Part shown: one piece after another, positions 49,817-58,135 of the stretch
Numbering within the stretch: position 1 is the first letter of the stretch
Layout of the letters: each line of letters begins with the position of its first letter
Source of the DNA: an uncultured virus (IMG/VR IMGVR_UViG_3300035188_001343)
Taxonomy: Duplodnaviria; Heunggongvirae; Uroviricota; Caudoviricetes
Reading direction: 5' to 3' (one strand)
IMG/VR virus record: IMGVR_UViG_3300035188_001343
DNA: 64,000 nt
Notes under the pieces: generated by a model
The model's input: only the letters and a program-made list of their open reading frames with translations
Databases searched by the model: none
Told to the model about the DNA's origin: nothing
Program-made: the position numbers and the translations under genes

Positions 49817-50236
49817 TCATTTTGGTGAATTAATGAGACTATGTGAAGCCATAAAACGAACCAACCCTCGTAAACCATAAGTAACTATTGTTATTCCAAC
49901 TAATAAACCAACATACCAATCGGGAATACCTTTCATTATTTCAAACCCAGTAACTGCAATTTCTTGAATTCTAGGTATAAAGGAAACAATCAAAGGTGAA
50001 AATAAAATAACCAAAATAAATTCATCCTTCCAGCTTTTATCCATCTGTTCCATTGCGGTTCTATCCAGACTTTCATCACTACCAATATCTTTACCAGATT
50101 CAATAATTTTTTCTTCGATATCGAGACGTTTTAACCGAATCTCATGTTCTCTGGTGTCAATCACCATAGACCGTTCGATTTCGAGTGCTTTTCGTTTTTC
50201 TTTTTCAGTTAAATAAGAATTAAATTTTTCAAACAT
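49817..50236 (-). CDS. GTA-type 3TM holin-like protein
   Basis: SWKDEF...P...FIP; GF...PDWY; YGLR; AGGAGG SD; upstream ATAAATA. Confidence 0.7.
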   Translation of the reverse strand: MFEKFNSYLTEKEKRKALEIERSMVIDTREHEIRLKRLDIEEKIIESGKDIGSDESLDRTAMEQMDKSWKDEFILVILFSPLIVSFIPRIQEIAVTGFEIMKGIPDWYVGLLVGITIVTYGLRGLVRFMASHSLINSPK

Positions 50237-50357
50237 ACTACCTCCTAAAGGTTGTATCACTATTCAAAAATATTTATCAGACAATTTTTTTTTGAAAATT
50301 CATACATTCACCAAATTTCCATATAAATAGTATAAAATCTTAACTTTAGGAGGTAGT

Positions 50358-50561
50358 ATGTTTGATAACGAAAGAACTTTAAAATGGTCAGATGGAATCT
50401 TAAAATTTCCATGTGGTGTTACCGTTGAATTAGATGAAAAACAATTAAAAAAGTTACTCACGGCTTTCAAATTAGAATCCGAAATTGATAATATGATTAA
50501 TAACGGTTCAATGACAATTGCAAAAGGTAGAGCATTCCAAATTAAACACCACTTAACGTAA
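50358..50561 (+). CDS. small hypothetical protein
   Basis: AGGAGG SD. Confidence 0.6.
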   Translation: MFDNERTLKWSDGILKFPCGVTVELDEKQLKKLLTAFKLESEIDNMINNGSMTIAKGRAFQIKHHLT

Positions 50562-50580
50562 TATCCATTTATTTGTGGGG

Positions 50581-51873
50581 TTATTCTATGGTAATAGTAT
50601 CAAGTAAATCCCCACCTTCTATATGCATTTTATAGATATTACCTCCGTTACGAACCTCTAATCTAAAAGTAAGCAATATATTCTTTTTAGAATTAACTTC
50701 CCGAATGCCAAATTTCGGTCTTTTATTGTCTAAGGCATAATAAGCTTCCAATTCATACGATGATAATTTACTTTCAATATCTTTGTAAGAAAAAACTTTA
50801 AAATCCCCTTTATTTAAATGTACCTTAGATACATCCTCATCTTTTGTTGCAAAATATTTAATAGCAGAGCTAAGAGTGTGAATAAAAGTTTTCTCACCAC
50901 CTTTTTGTTGGAACATTTTATTCAATTTAATTGTAGTTAGTTTAAACACTGAAGCATACCAGTCTTCTTCTTTTACAAATGGTGCGTTCCACTCTTTTAT
51001 ATCAATACCCAAACGTTCTATTGCATCACTAATTTTCTCATATGATACACCCGTTTGTTCCAAGTTTTTTGTTTGACCGGCTTTTAATGATAAATTTAGA
51101 TTGGTTAATACTGGTTCACCTTTATTAATACCAATCATAACTTTCAAATCAACCTTAGTTCCTTTTTCATCTACCGAACCAACCGAGGAAATATCTACAG
51201 TGTCATCAGTGCCATTATTACCCAATAAATCTGCGTGCTCAAAAACATATGTAGAATTTGCGTATTTAACTGCTGCGGTGAATTCATCATTCATCATTGA
51301 CCAATTTTTATCATCAAACAAAGCTTTTAATTGTGCAGGTTTTAAACTTATGGTTAGCGAGATATTATCATTACCTGATTTTGGTGTTTTGTCAGATTTT
51401 AATGATGTCGATGCAGTTTTAGTAGATTTATTCATCGATGTTAAAATACTTTTTATATCATCAATATCAATAGTTTTAAATGGTTGCTTGAACTTTGCCG
51501 CAATAGCTGCACCTAAAATACCTTCCGCAACATCACCCCTATTAAACTTAACATCACCAACTGAAAATGGTGTTTTTTCAATTTTAGTCCATGATATTAA
51601 TTTAGCGGGTACACTATCATCATCAATTGTAAATCGCCCATCTTTGCTTTTTAAAAAATCTCTAACCTGATTATCATCGGTAAAACTTCTAAGTTTATCA
51701 ATAACATCATTCTTCTTTATGATTACCATAGTGGTTTTATCACTAAGTTGAATTTGTTCACCTACATCCACTTTTTGTAGAAATTTTGCAACATAATTTC
51801 TACCAGGTTTTGTTATATCACCATACGAAAACCCACCTTCTAATAAAACACTTATAAGTTCAACTACATTCAT
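50581..51873 (-). CDS. hypothetical protein, possible restriction-endonuclease-like fold
   Basis: GDVAEG...TKVD...LSLK; upstream ATAAATA. Confidence 0.55.
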   Translation of the reverse strand: MNVVELISVLLEGGFSYGDITKPGRNYVAKFLQKVDVGEQIQLSDKTTMVIIKKNDVIDKLRSFTDDNQVRDFLKSKDGRFTIDDDSVPAKLISWTKIEKTPFSVGDVKFNRGDVAEGILGAAIAAKFKQPFKTIDIDDIKSILTSMNKSTKTASTSLKSDKTPKSGNDNISLTISLKPAQLKALFDDKNWSMMNDEFTAAVKYANSTYVFEHADLLGNNGTDDTVDISSVGSVDEKGTKVDLKVMIGINKGEPVLTNLNLSLKAGQTKNLEQTGVSYEKISDAIERLGIDIKEWNAPFVKEEDWYASVFKLTTIKLNKMFQQKGGEKTFIHTLSSAIKYFATKDEDVSKVHLNKGDFKVFSYKDIESKLSSYELEAYYALDNKRPKFGIREVNSKKNILLTFRLEVRNGGNIYKMHIEGGDLLDTITIE

Positions 51874-52047
51874 AAAATTCCCTATTTTAATTTTTAATAC
51901 TAATATTTATCATACATACTAACAAAAACTATATACAATACCATGATTAAATTTTAAAATAGTATATTCTTTTTAAACAATTTCACTTTCGTGTGAATAT
52001 TTTGTAAAATTAACACATAAATCAATCAACAATAAAAGGAAAACCTA

Positions 52048-53154
52048 ATGACACCTAGAAAAATTTTTTCAATACCTTTAAACCCATATACCACAGCAGA
52101 AGATTATGAAAAAATATTTGTGCCGTTTTTATTGAAATATAAAGATTGGATCTACGACATTTATTTTACATGTAGAATCCCACCATTCTTACAAGATAGT
52201 ATGGGTGCAGTATTTAAAGAAGAACAACTCATCCAAATGTTTCAGAATGCGATGACATTACAAGAACGTACCGGTGTAACCGTTTCTGCGACTTTCAACA
52301 ACATTAACGTACCACCTACAACTGAAAATTTAGAAATTTTTGTCAACAATTTACAATATCTATATGATGCAGGTTTAAGAAGTATGACCCAACCACATAA
52401 TCATTGGATGATGTCAAAAGTATTCAAAGAAAAATTTCCAGAATTACAAGTTAAAAATACAGTATTGAAACGTGTTGCAACCGCACAAGATTTTTGGTTA
52501 GCCGCAGAACTCGGATATGATTATGTCAATATTGATAGAATTTTACTAAGAGATGAAACTATGTTGGGTAGAATTCGAGAAGCCCAAATTAAATTCCAAG
52601 CAGAAACTGGTAAATATGTACCAACAGCGTTATTAGCAAATGAAGGGTGTCTCGGTAAATGTCCCGCAATGAATGAACACTACACACTCAATAGTGCCAG
52701 TGGTTCAAGACAGCCTGGAACTGATAAACCTTACTTCCATCAATCAATTAGTAAAAACACCTGTCCAAAATGGAGATTAGAAGATCCTGCTTATTCATTT
52801 AAAATGGCTAATATCCCACCCTATAGAGAAGATGTTGAACGTATTCTTGATAAAGTGGATATTCTTAAAATGCATGGTAGAGAAGGATTTGGTCTACTAA
52901 ACTCAACAATATCATTTGTCGAAAGTTATGTAAATGCTGACGCAGAATTATTCGATATTTCAGTTAGAACACAGATTGAAGATTTAATGGTGCAACCTAA
53001 AGTGTTGGATGCATGGAGAACACATATTAGAGATTGCAAATTTGAATGTTGGGATTGTCACTTATGTGATAAATTAGTTGAATCGGCACAAAAGAAAAAA
53101 GATAAAAATCTAGGAACTTCAATCGATCAATTGATTGCGAATTTTGAAGGATAA
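52048..53154 (+). CDS. peptidase U32-family-like (Fe-S) protein
   Basis: LANEGCLGKC...C, LKMHGRE, C-terminal CxxxCxxCxxC. Confidence 0.65.
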   Translation: MTPRKIFSIPLNPYTTAEDYEKIFVPFLLKYKDWIYDIYFTCRIPPFLQDSMGAVFKEEQLIQMFQNAMTLQERTGVTVSATFNNINVPPTTENLEIFVNNLQYLYDAGLRSMTQPHNHWMMSKVFKEKFPELQVKNTVLKRVATAQDFWLAAELGYDYVNIDRILLRDETMLGRIREAQIKFQAETGKYVPTALLANEGCLGKCPAMNEHYTLNSASGSRQPGTDKPYFHQSISKNTCPKWRLEDPAYSFKMANIPPYREDVERILDKVDILKMHGREGFGLLNSTISFVESYVNADAELFDISVRTQIEDLMVQPKVLDAWRTHIRDCKFECWDCHLCDKLVESAQKKKDKNLGTSIDQLIANFEG

Positions 53155-53220
53155 TACAGCGTCGGTTTCTCTGGGATATTTTCTCAGAGAAACTATCTAA
53201 ATTTTTACATGGGGAAACAA

Positions 53221-53661
53221 ATGAAATTAGGTACAATACTTACAAAAACTACACCTACCGTATTTTTAGGTGGTACATGCAATGAATCTTTATGGCGAGA
53301 TGAATTAATAAAATTATTAAATGTCAATTATTTCAACCCTGTAGTTGATGATTGGACGGAAGAGGCACAGAAAAATGAATTATATCAAAGAGAAAATTGT
53401 GAATTTGTTCTCTACGTTTTAACACCTGCAATGACTGGTGTTTATAGCATAGCTGAGAGTGTTGATGATTCAAATAAACGTCCAGAAAAATGTTTGTTTT
53501 GTGTGTTGCCAACGGATAACAAACTGTCATTCGATAAGACACAATTAAAATCATTAAATATGGTTAAAAATATGATTGCTGAAAATGGTGCTAAAGTTTT
53601 TGATTCATTGGAAGAAATTGCGGAATTTTTAAACAGTACAGTTGATCTTGAAAAAAACTAA
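53221..53661 (+). CDS. nucleoside 2-deoxyribosyltransferase-like protein
   Basis: VFLGGTCNESLWR, FNPVVDDW, YSIAE. Confidence 0.7.
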   Translation: MKLGTILTKTTPTVFLGGTCNESLWRDELIKLLNVNYFNPVVDDWTEEAQKNELYQRENCEFVLYVLTPAMTGVYSIAESVDDSNKRPEKCLFCVLPTDNKLSFDKTQLKSLNMVKNMIAENGAKVFDSLEEIAEFLNSTVDLEKN

Positions 53662-53774
53662 CCTATCAATCACTTCGATTATAGACAAACAGAAAATAAC
53701 GTTGGTAATCTTTGGATATTTTACAAAGAAAAAACACAAAAATAAATATCAATCTTAAAAATAAGGAATTAAAA

Positions 53775-54689
53775 ATGGCAGTTATTCAAAATATCTTTAA
53801 AAACCTCGAATACAAACTTAACATGACCGAAGAAATTAAACTCTTTAAATGGTCACAAAAACCCATCATAGAAAAAATTTCTGATTTGATGGACTGGAAT
53901 GAATCATTTGGTCCAGATGCCATTATTGTAAAGGCAGCAGAACAAATTCTACAACTGAATTACCCAAACGAGTATTTAAAATATTCTGCGGCTCAACAAA
54001 AATTTAAACATTCCCACCCGTTTCACATCGAACCAGAAATTGAAGATGTAAGTGGGTTTATCGATTGGATTAATAGCGTATTTGATAAATTTGAAGGATT
54101 GCAAGAAGGGTTACTTGGAGGATTAGTTATTAGTCCCGCTGTAGAAGGAACTACTGTTTCTTGTGAATATGAAAAAGGCAAATTACAACGAGTCCTCAAC
54201 AAGGGGGATGGTGAAGATGCAGAAATGTTAGTAAATCTTATGGATTTAGGTTCAATTCCTCAAGAAATTTCAATTAAAAAGAACATCGTCGTAAGAGGAG
54301 TAATAACTTTAAAGGATCCATCTAAAAGATCTAAAGGTTCATCCGTTACTGCTACAGTTAATGAAACAATTTTCAAAGATAAGGCAGATGATACAAATTT
54401 AATATTCTTACCTACAGAATGGTTGCCTGCAGATGGTAATAGAATTAATACCTCCAAAGCATACCAAACTTTAAAAGATAATGGATTTCAAGTACCTGCG
54501 GTTTTTACAGCATCACAGGTCGTAGAGGCACTTTCCAAATATGAGGAATATATGGGGACGGATTTTGGTTATTATGTTTACGGTGCAAGAGTTGAAATTG
54601 AAAAAGGTGAAACAATAAACAGTTTATTATCTTTTATGAAAGATGATCAATCATCGAGTTACTATCATAAAGTAATCATAGTGAAGTAA
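53775..54689 (+). CDS. NAD-dependent DNA ligase adenylation-domain homologue, probably inactive
   Basis: SPAVEG...YEKGKLQRVLNKGDGEDAE...VVRG parallels LigA EPKxDG...Y..G.L....TRGDG..GE...EVRG; catalytic Lys absent. Confidence 0.6.
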   Translation: MAVIQNIFKNLEYKLNMTEEIKLFKWSQKPIIEKISDLMDWNESFGPDAIIVKAAEQILQLNYPNEYLKYSAAQQKFKHSHPFHIEPEIEDVSGFIDWINSVFDKFEGLQEGLLGGLVISPAVEGTTVSCEYEKGKLQRVLNKGDGEDAEMLVNLMDLGSIPQEISIKKNIVVRGVITLKDPSKRSKGSSVTATVNETIFKDKADDTNLIFLPTEWLPADGNRINTSKAYQTLKDNGFQVPAVFTASQVVEALSKYEEYMGTDFGYYVYGARVEIEKGETINSLLSFMKDDQSSSYYHKVIIVK

Positions 54690-54703
54690 AAACACATATT
54701 ATC

Positions 54704-55192
54704 TCATTGGTTTTGATAATTATTGACTATTCCATCACCTGTGTACTTAGCAACCCATGAAATCTCATTAGTAAAAAATCGAGCAGCAGTGAATCCGGCA
54801 TCATCACAAAAATCAAACCAATGTTTTGTAAATGCCGGAATTCCAATCACATCTCCTTCTACACAATGAATGATATACACTAAGTCATCAATGTGAATAT
54901 AAAATTTTCCACCACCTTGTATAAAAAACCTAATTTCATAATCTGAATGAGTATGTTCTCGGAAAAATTTTTCTCTGAACATACCAATATTATTTTCATC
55001 GGGTAAAAAAGTTACAACATCGGTATTAGACACATTAAACAACTCTTTTAATTTCATTATACTACGTTCGGATTTATCATGTGACCTATTATCGAAATAA
55101 ATTCCAATCTCTAAAAGAATGTTTTTAATAATCTCAAATTCGGTAGAGGTATACATATTAACATTATTTGAAAAAACAACTAATTTACTCAA
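54704..55192 (-). CDS. mtnD: acireductone dioxygenase
   Basis: EHTHSDYEIRFF, GGGKF, GDVIGIPAFTKHWFD, AARFF, W. Confidence 0.85.
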   Translation of the reverse strand: MSKLVVFSNNVNMYTSTEFEIIKNILLEIGIYFDNRSHDKSERSIMKLKELFNVSNTDVVTFLPDENNIGMFREKFFREHTHSDYEIRFFIQGGGKFYIHIDDLVYIIHCVEGDVIGIPAFTKHWFDFCDDAGFTAARFFTNEISWVAKYTGDGIVNNYQNQ

Positions 55193-55216
55193 TTTTATTT
55201 CTCCTAAAACCTGATT

Positions 55217-55507
55217 TTATTTCTTTTTTGCCCATTTTTTAAATGTTTTTGCAAGTGTTGCTCGTTTCTTTTTTAAAGCCCATGCATCATACTCTTTTTT
55301 TGACATATTACCATTTTTAAATTTAATTTTTGCCTTTTCATATTCCTGCTCAACATATTTTATACAAGAGTGCGATGATTTTTTAAATCCCATCTCTTTA
55401 CATTGTGCAGTAAATGAACCAACAGTACCTTTTTCTTTCATGGATTTTGCGACATCTTGAGCCCACCATTCACATATCAAACTACCATTTAATTCTTGGA
55501 GTTTCAT
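55217..55507 (-). CDS. small basic protein with MKLxEL N-terminus
   Basis: W(A)QD...GSFTAQC...KRATLAKTFKKW. Confidence 0.6.
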   Translation of the reverse strand: MKLQELNGSLICEWWAQDVAKSMKEKGTVGSFTAQCKEMGFKKSSHSCIKYVEQEYEKAKIKFKNGNMSKKEYDAWALKKKRATLAKTFKKWAKKK

Positions 55508-55857
55508 GATAAATCGACAATCAGTTTTTTCATATCTTTTTCAGATGTAATGGTGAAATCATATTGTGTGGTTGGAATAACTTTTGGATCAATAGCATCC
55601 TCATGTGTATCATGGTGATCAATTGCAGCAACCAAAACACCATCCTCATTTCTAAAAGATATTCTGCCTTTACCAGATACAACATTTGCATTAAAATTCA
55701 AAACATATTCACTATCTTCACCACCATATTTAACATCGACGTTAGAATTTTTAAAATTCTGCTTAATAAGTTTTCTTTGATCGGGAGTTAATGGTAACAT
55801 TTTTGGTTTTTGTGGTTTTTTACCAAATATACTTTCATTCAAATCTAATAATTTCAT
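55504..55857 (-). CDS. hypothetical protein with MKLxDLNE N-terminus
   Basis: AGGA SD; TATAAATA upstream. Confidence 0.6.
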   Translation of the reverse strand: MKLLDLNESIFGKKPQKPKMLPLTPDQRKLIKQNFKNSNVDVKYGGEDSEYVLNFNANVVSGKGRISFRNEDGVLVAAIDHHDTHEDAIDPKVIPTTQYDFTITSEKDMKKLIVDLS

Positions 55858-55881
55858 AAATTATTATCCTTTTATAATTTT

Positions 55882-55899
55882 GTATAATATTTATTTATA
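55882..55899. promoter_or_regulatory. adjacent opposite-strand promoter boxes: GTATAAT (+) and T4-late-type TATAAATA (-)
   Basis: GTATAAT at 55882-55888; TATTTATA at 55892-55899. Confidence 0.5.
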
Positions 55900-55910
55900 A
55901 ACACATTAAG

Positions 55911-56948
55911 TTGAGCAAAAATATGATATATGCATGTATAAAAGATTTCCCAAATACGTCTATTGTTGTTGGTGATGAACTTGAAATAATTAAACTTGAA
56001 AACGGTGAATACATAATAGATGGTGCAATTACAACTGATAGCACTATCGTTTATGAATTTTTTGAAAAAAAGAAACTAAAAGGTGTAATGTATTCTCCTT
56101 ATTCACATTCTAAAATGGAAACATGGGTATCATGTCCAAAAAAATTTGAATATAATTACATCATCAAACCACCCAGAGTTGAAATACCAAATGCAATTTT
56201 AGAAAAAGGAACTCTTTTTCATGCAATACTCGAATTTGACATGGTTGATAAATTAGATGAATTTAGTATTAACGATAAGTTCAAGGCATTAAACAAATCT
56301 ACCGCAAATGAAATAATTGAACAGGCATTAATTTTTACAGATGAATCCAAAACGTATCAATGGATAAAATCATTAGACGGTATTAAGGTTACTGAACAGG
56401 AAATGTTTTTAGGTGTAGATTTAGAACCAGTACAAGATATTTCAACTGCTCTTATAAGAGGATTTATTGATTTACTAATATACGATGAAAAGACTAAGAC
56501 CTGTTACATTTTTGATTGGAAAACAGGAGGGAAATCTAAAGAATCTTTGGAAAAATGGCCGAAACCAAAGGATCAATTGGAATTATACGCTGTTTGGGCA
56601 GAACAAAATTTTGATGTTGCCTCAATCATTACAGCATTCATTTACGTTGAACATGACCATATAGCAAAATACCATTTTAAGAAAAATGATATTTCGGGAT
56701 TGAAAAAGAAATTTAAAGATAAGATAAGTAACATTGAAACAGATAACACATTTTCAAAAAATTTATCTCAATTATGTGCATGGTGTGATTTTCGCACATT
56801 ATGTCTTGGTATAAGTATAGAGAGAGAACCTAGATCAATAACATTAGACGAAATAAAAGTTGCAAGTAAAATGGTTGGGGTGGAAAAAAAGAATAAAGAA
56901 AATAGTAAAAATAAAAAATTTTTTGATAAAATCAAACAAAAATTTTAA
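55911..56948 (+). CDS. Cas4/AddB-like PD-(D/E)XK exonuclease
   Basis: SHSK...CP, RGFID, FDWKTG, QLELYA, CAWCDF...C. Confidence 0.8.
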   Translation: MSKNMIYACIKDFPNTSIVVGDELEIIKLENGEYIIDGAITTDSTIVYEFFEKKKLKGVMYSPYSHSKMETWVSCPKKFEYNYIIKPPRVEIPNAILEKGTLFHAILEFDMVDKLDEFSINDKFKALNKSTANEIIEQALIFTDESKTYQWIKSLDGIKVTEQEMFLGVDLEPVQDISTALIRGFIDLLIYDEKTKTCYIFDWKTGGKSKESLEKWPKPKDQLELYAVWAEQNFDVASIITAFIYVEHDHIAKYHFKKNDISGLKKKFKDKISNIETDNTFSKNLSQLCAWCDFRTLCLGISIEREPRSITLDEIKVASKMVGVEKKNKENSKNKKFFDKIKQKF

Positions 56949-57021
56949 AATTATAATTTAACGGGAACCTAGGGTTATTATTGATTCACCATTGGTTCCC
57001 ACTAACAGGAAACCACTAATA

Positions 57022-57558
57022 ATGTCAGAAAAAAAAAGAATACCAATAACTATTGAAAAGATAAATTCATCAACCTTCCAATTAACCAAAATATCTTCTG
57101 TTGATATAGCGAAAATTTCTGAAAAATTTTCGTGGTTGCCAGCAAACTACAAATATGACCCAAAATTCAGATTGTTAGGTATCAAGGGTGTCAAAATAAG
57201 ATTAGTACAGCAAAATGGTATGTTTCCATCGGGTCTATTTAATGATGTAGTAGATTTTATTAAAAATGATTTAAACAAACAAGTAACTATATCGGATGAT
57301 ATAAATGAACATTTTTTATCACTAGTTGATTTTTTTAAAGATGGAATCAGTGATAAAATTTTTTCAGATTTTGAATTTGATGGATCACCTGTTATATTGC
57401 GAGATTACCAATTGGGTGCGGTTGAATCGAGTTTTGAAAATAGAAATTGTCTTTTAAACCTTTCAACTGGTGCTGGTAAATGTTTAGGAGGAAATACCAA
57501 ATTGAAAGTTAAATTACCTACAGAAATTATTGAAAAATATCCACATTTATCCGAATAG
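57022..57558 (+). CDS. UvsW-like helicase N-extein + 25-aa intein N-half (piece 1)
   Basis: LRDYQ Q-motif, STGAGK then CLGGNTKLKVK... (57481) and stop. Confidence 0.85.
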   Translation: MSEKKRIPITIEKINSSTFQLTKISSVDIAKISEKFSWLPANYKYDPKFRLLGIKGVKIRLVQQNGMFPSGLFNDVVDFIKNDLNKQVTISDDINEHFLSLVDFFKDGISDKIFSDFEFDGSPVILRDYQLGAVESSFENRNCLLNLSTGAGKCLGGNTKLKVKLPTEIIEKYPHLSE

Positions 57559-57567
57559 GTATTATTT

Positions 57568-57855
57568 ATGTTACTATGGGCAGTGAACACCAAAAAATCA
57601 AAAGTCGAATATAAAGGGATTATTGTGGACGACAACAATATCAATCAATTGACGGTAGAAATATTCAATATATTTTACCGAACATATCGAGAGATGAATC
57701 AAAAGGTTTTACAGATTGAAAGAAACATGGTCAATGAACCTCCTTACAAAGAACTATTAAATTTGATAAACCCAAATTTGAAATTTGATACTGATTTAGA
57801 ATATTTTGTTACCCTCACAAACATATTTTCTTTAACCCCACAAAACATGGAATGA
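57568..57855 (+). CDS. hypothetical protein
   Basis: ORF. Confidence 0.5.
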   Translation: MLLWAVNTKKSKVEYKGIIVDDNNINQLTVEIFNIFYRTYREMNQKVLQIERNMVNEPPYKELLNLINPNLKFDTDLEYFVTLTNIFSLTPQNME

Positions 57856-58070
57856 TTATGTTCGAATATGTAAAATTTAATTGTCATGTGATGGCAAAAA
57901 ATGATGTAAATGGAAAAACTCCAGAAAAAGTATTCAGTGATTATTTAGCAAATCGTGTAAATGAATGTGATTACATATTTGATGGTGTGGAATGTGTAGT
58001 GATGTCCGTCAAATACGATATGACAAAAACGTGCATGATAACAAAAATTTTACGAAAAAGTGACTTGTGA
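57852..58070 (+). CDS. hypothetical protein
   Basis: ATGA-coupled ORF. Confidence 0.45.
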   Translation: MIMFEYVKFNCHVMAKNDVNGKTPEKVFSDYLANRVNECDYIFDGVECVVMSVKYDMTKTCMITKILRKSDL

Positions 58071-58135
58071 AATTGGTAACTACTTAAATCTTTAGTATAA
58101 TATAGAAATATTTACATTTATGAGAAATTTATACT

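Noticed and set aside
51101..51670. 189-aa + strand ORF and other short overlapping ORFs in the track
   Set aside because: These are antisense or out-of-frame shadows of longer, better supported genes.
26651..57558. Fragmented genes explained by stop-codon recoding, frameshifts or group I introns
   Set aside because: Other genes translate fully in the standard code. The breaks coincide with intein C1 and N|S/T/C junctions, and some pieces lie on different strands.
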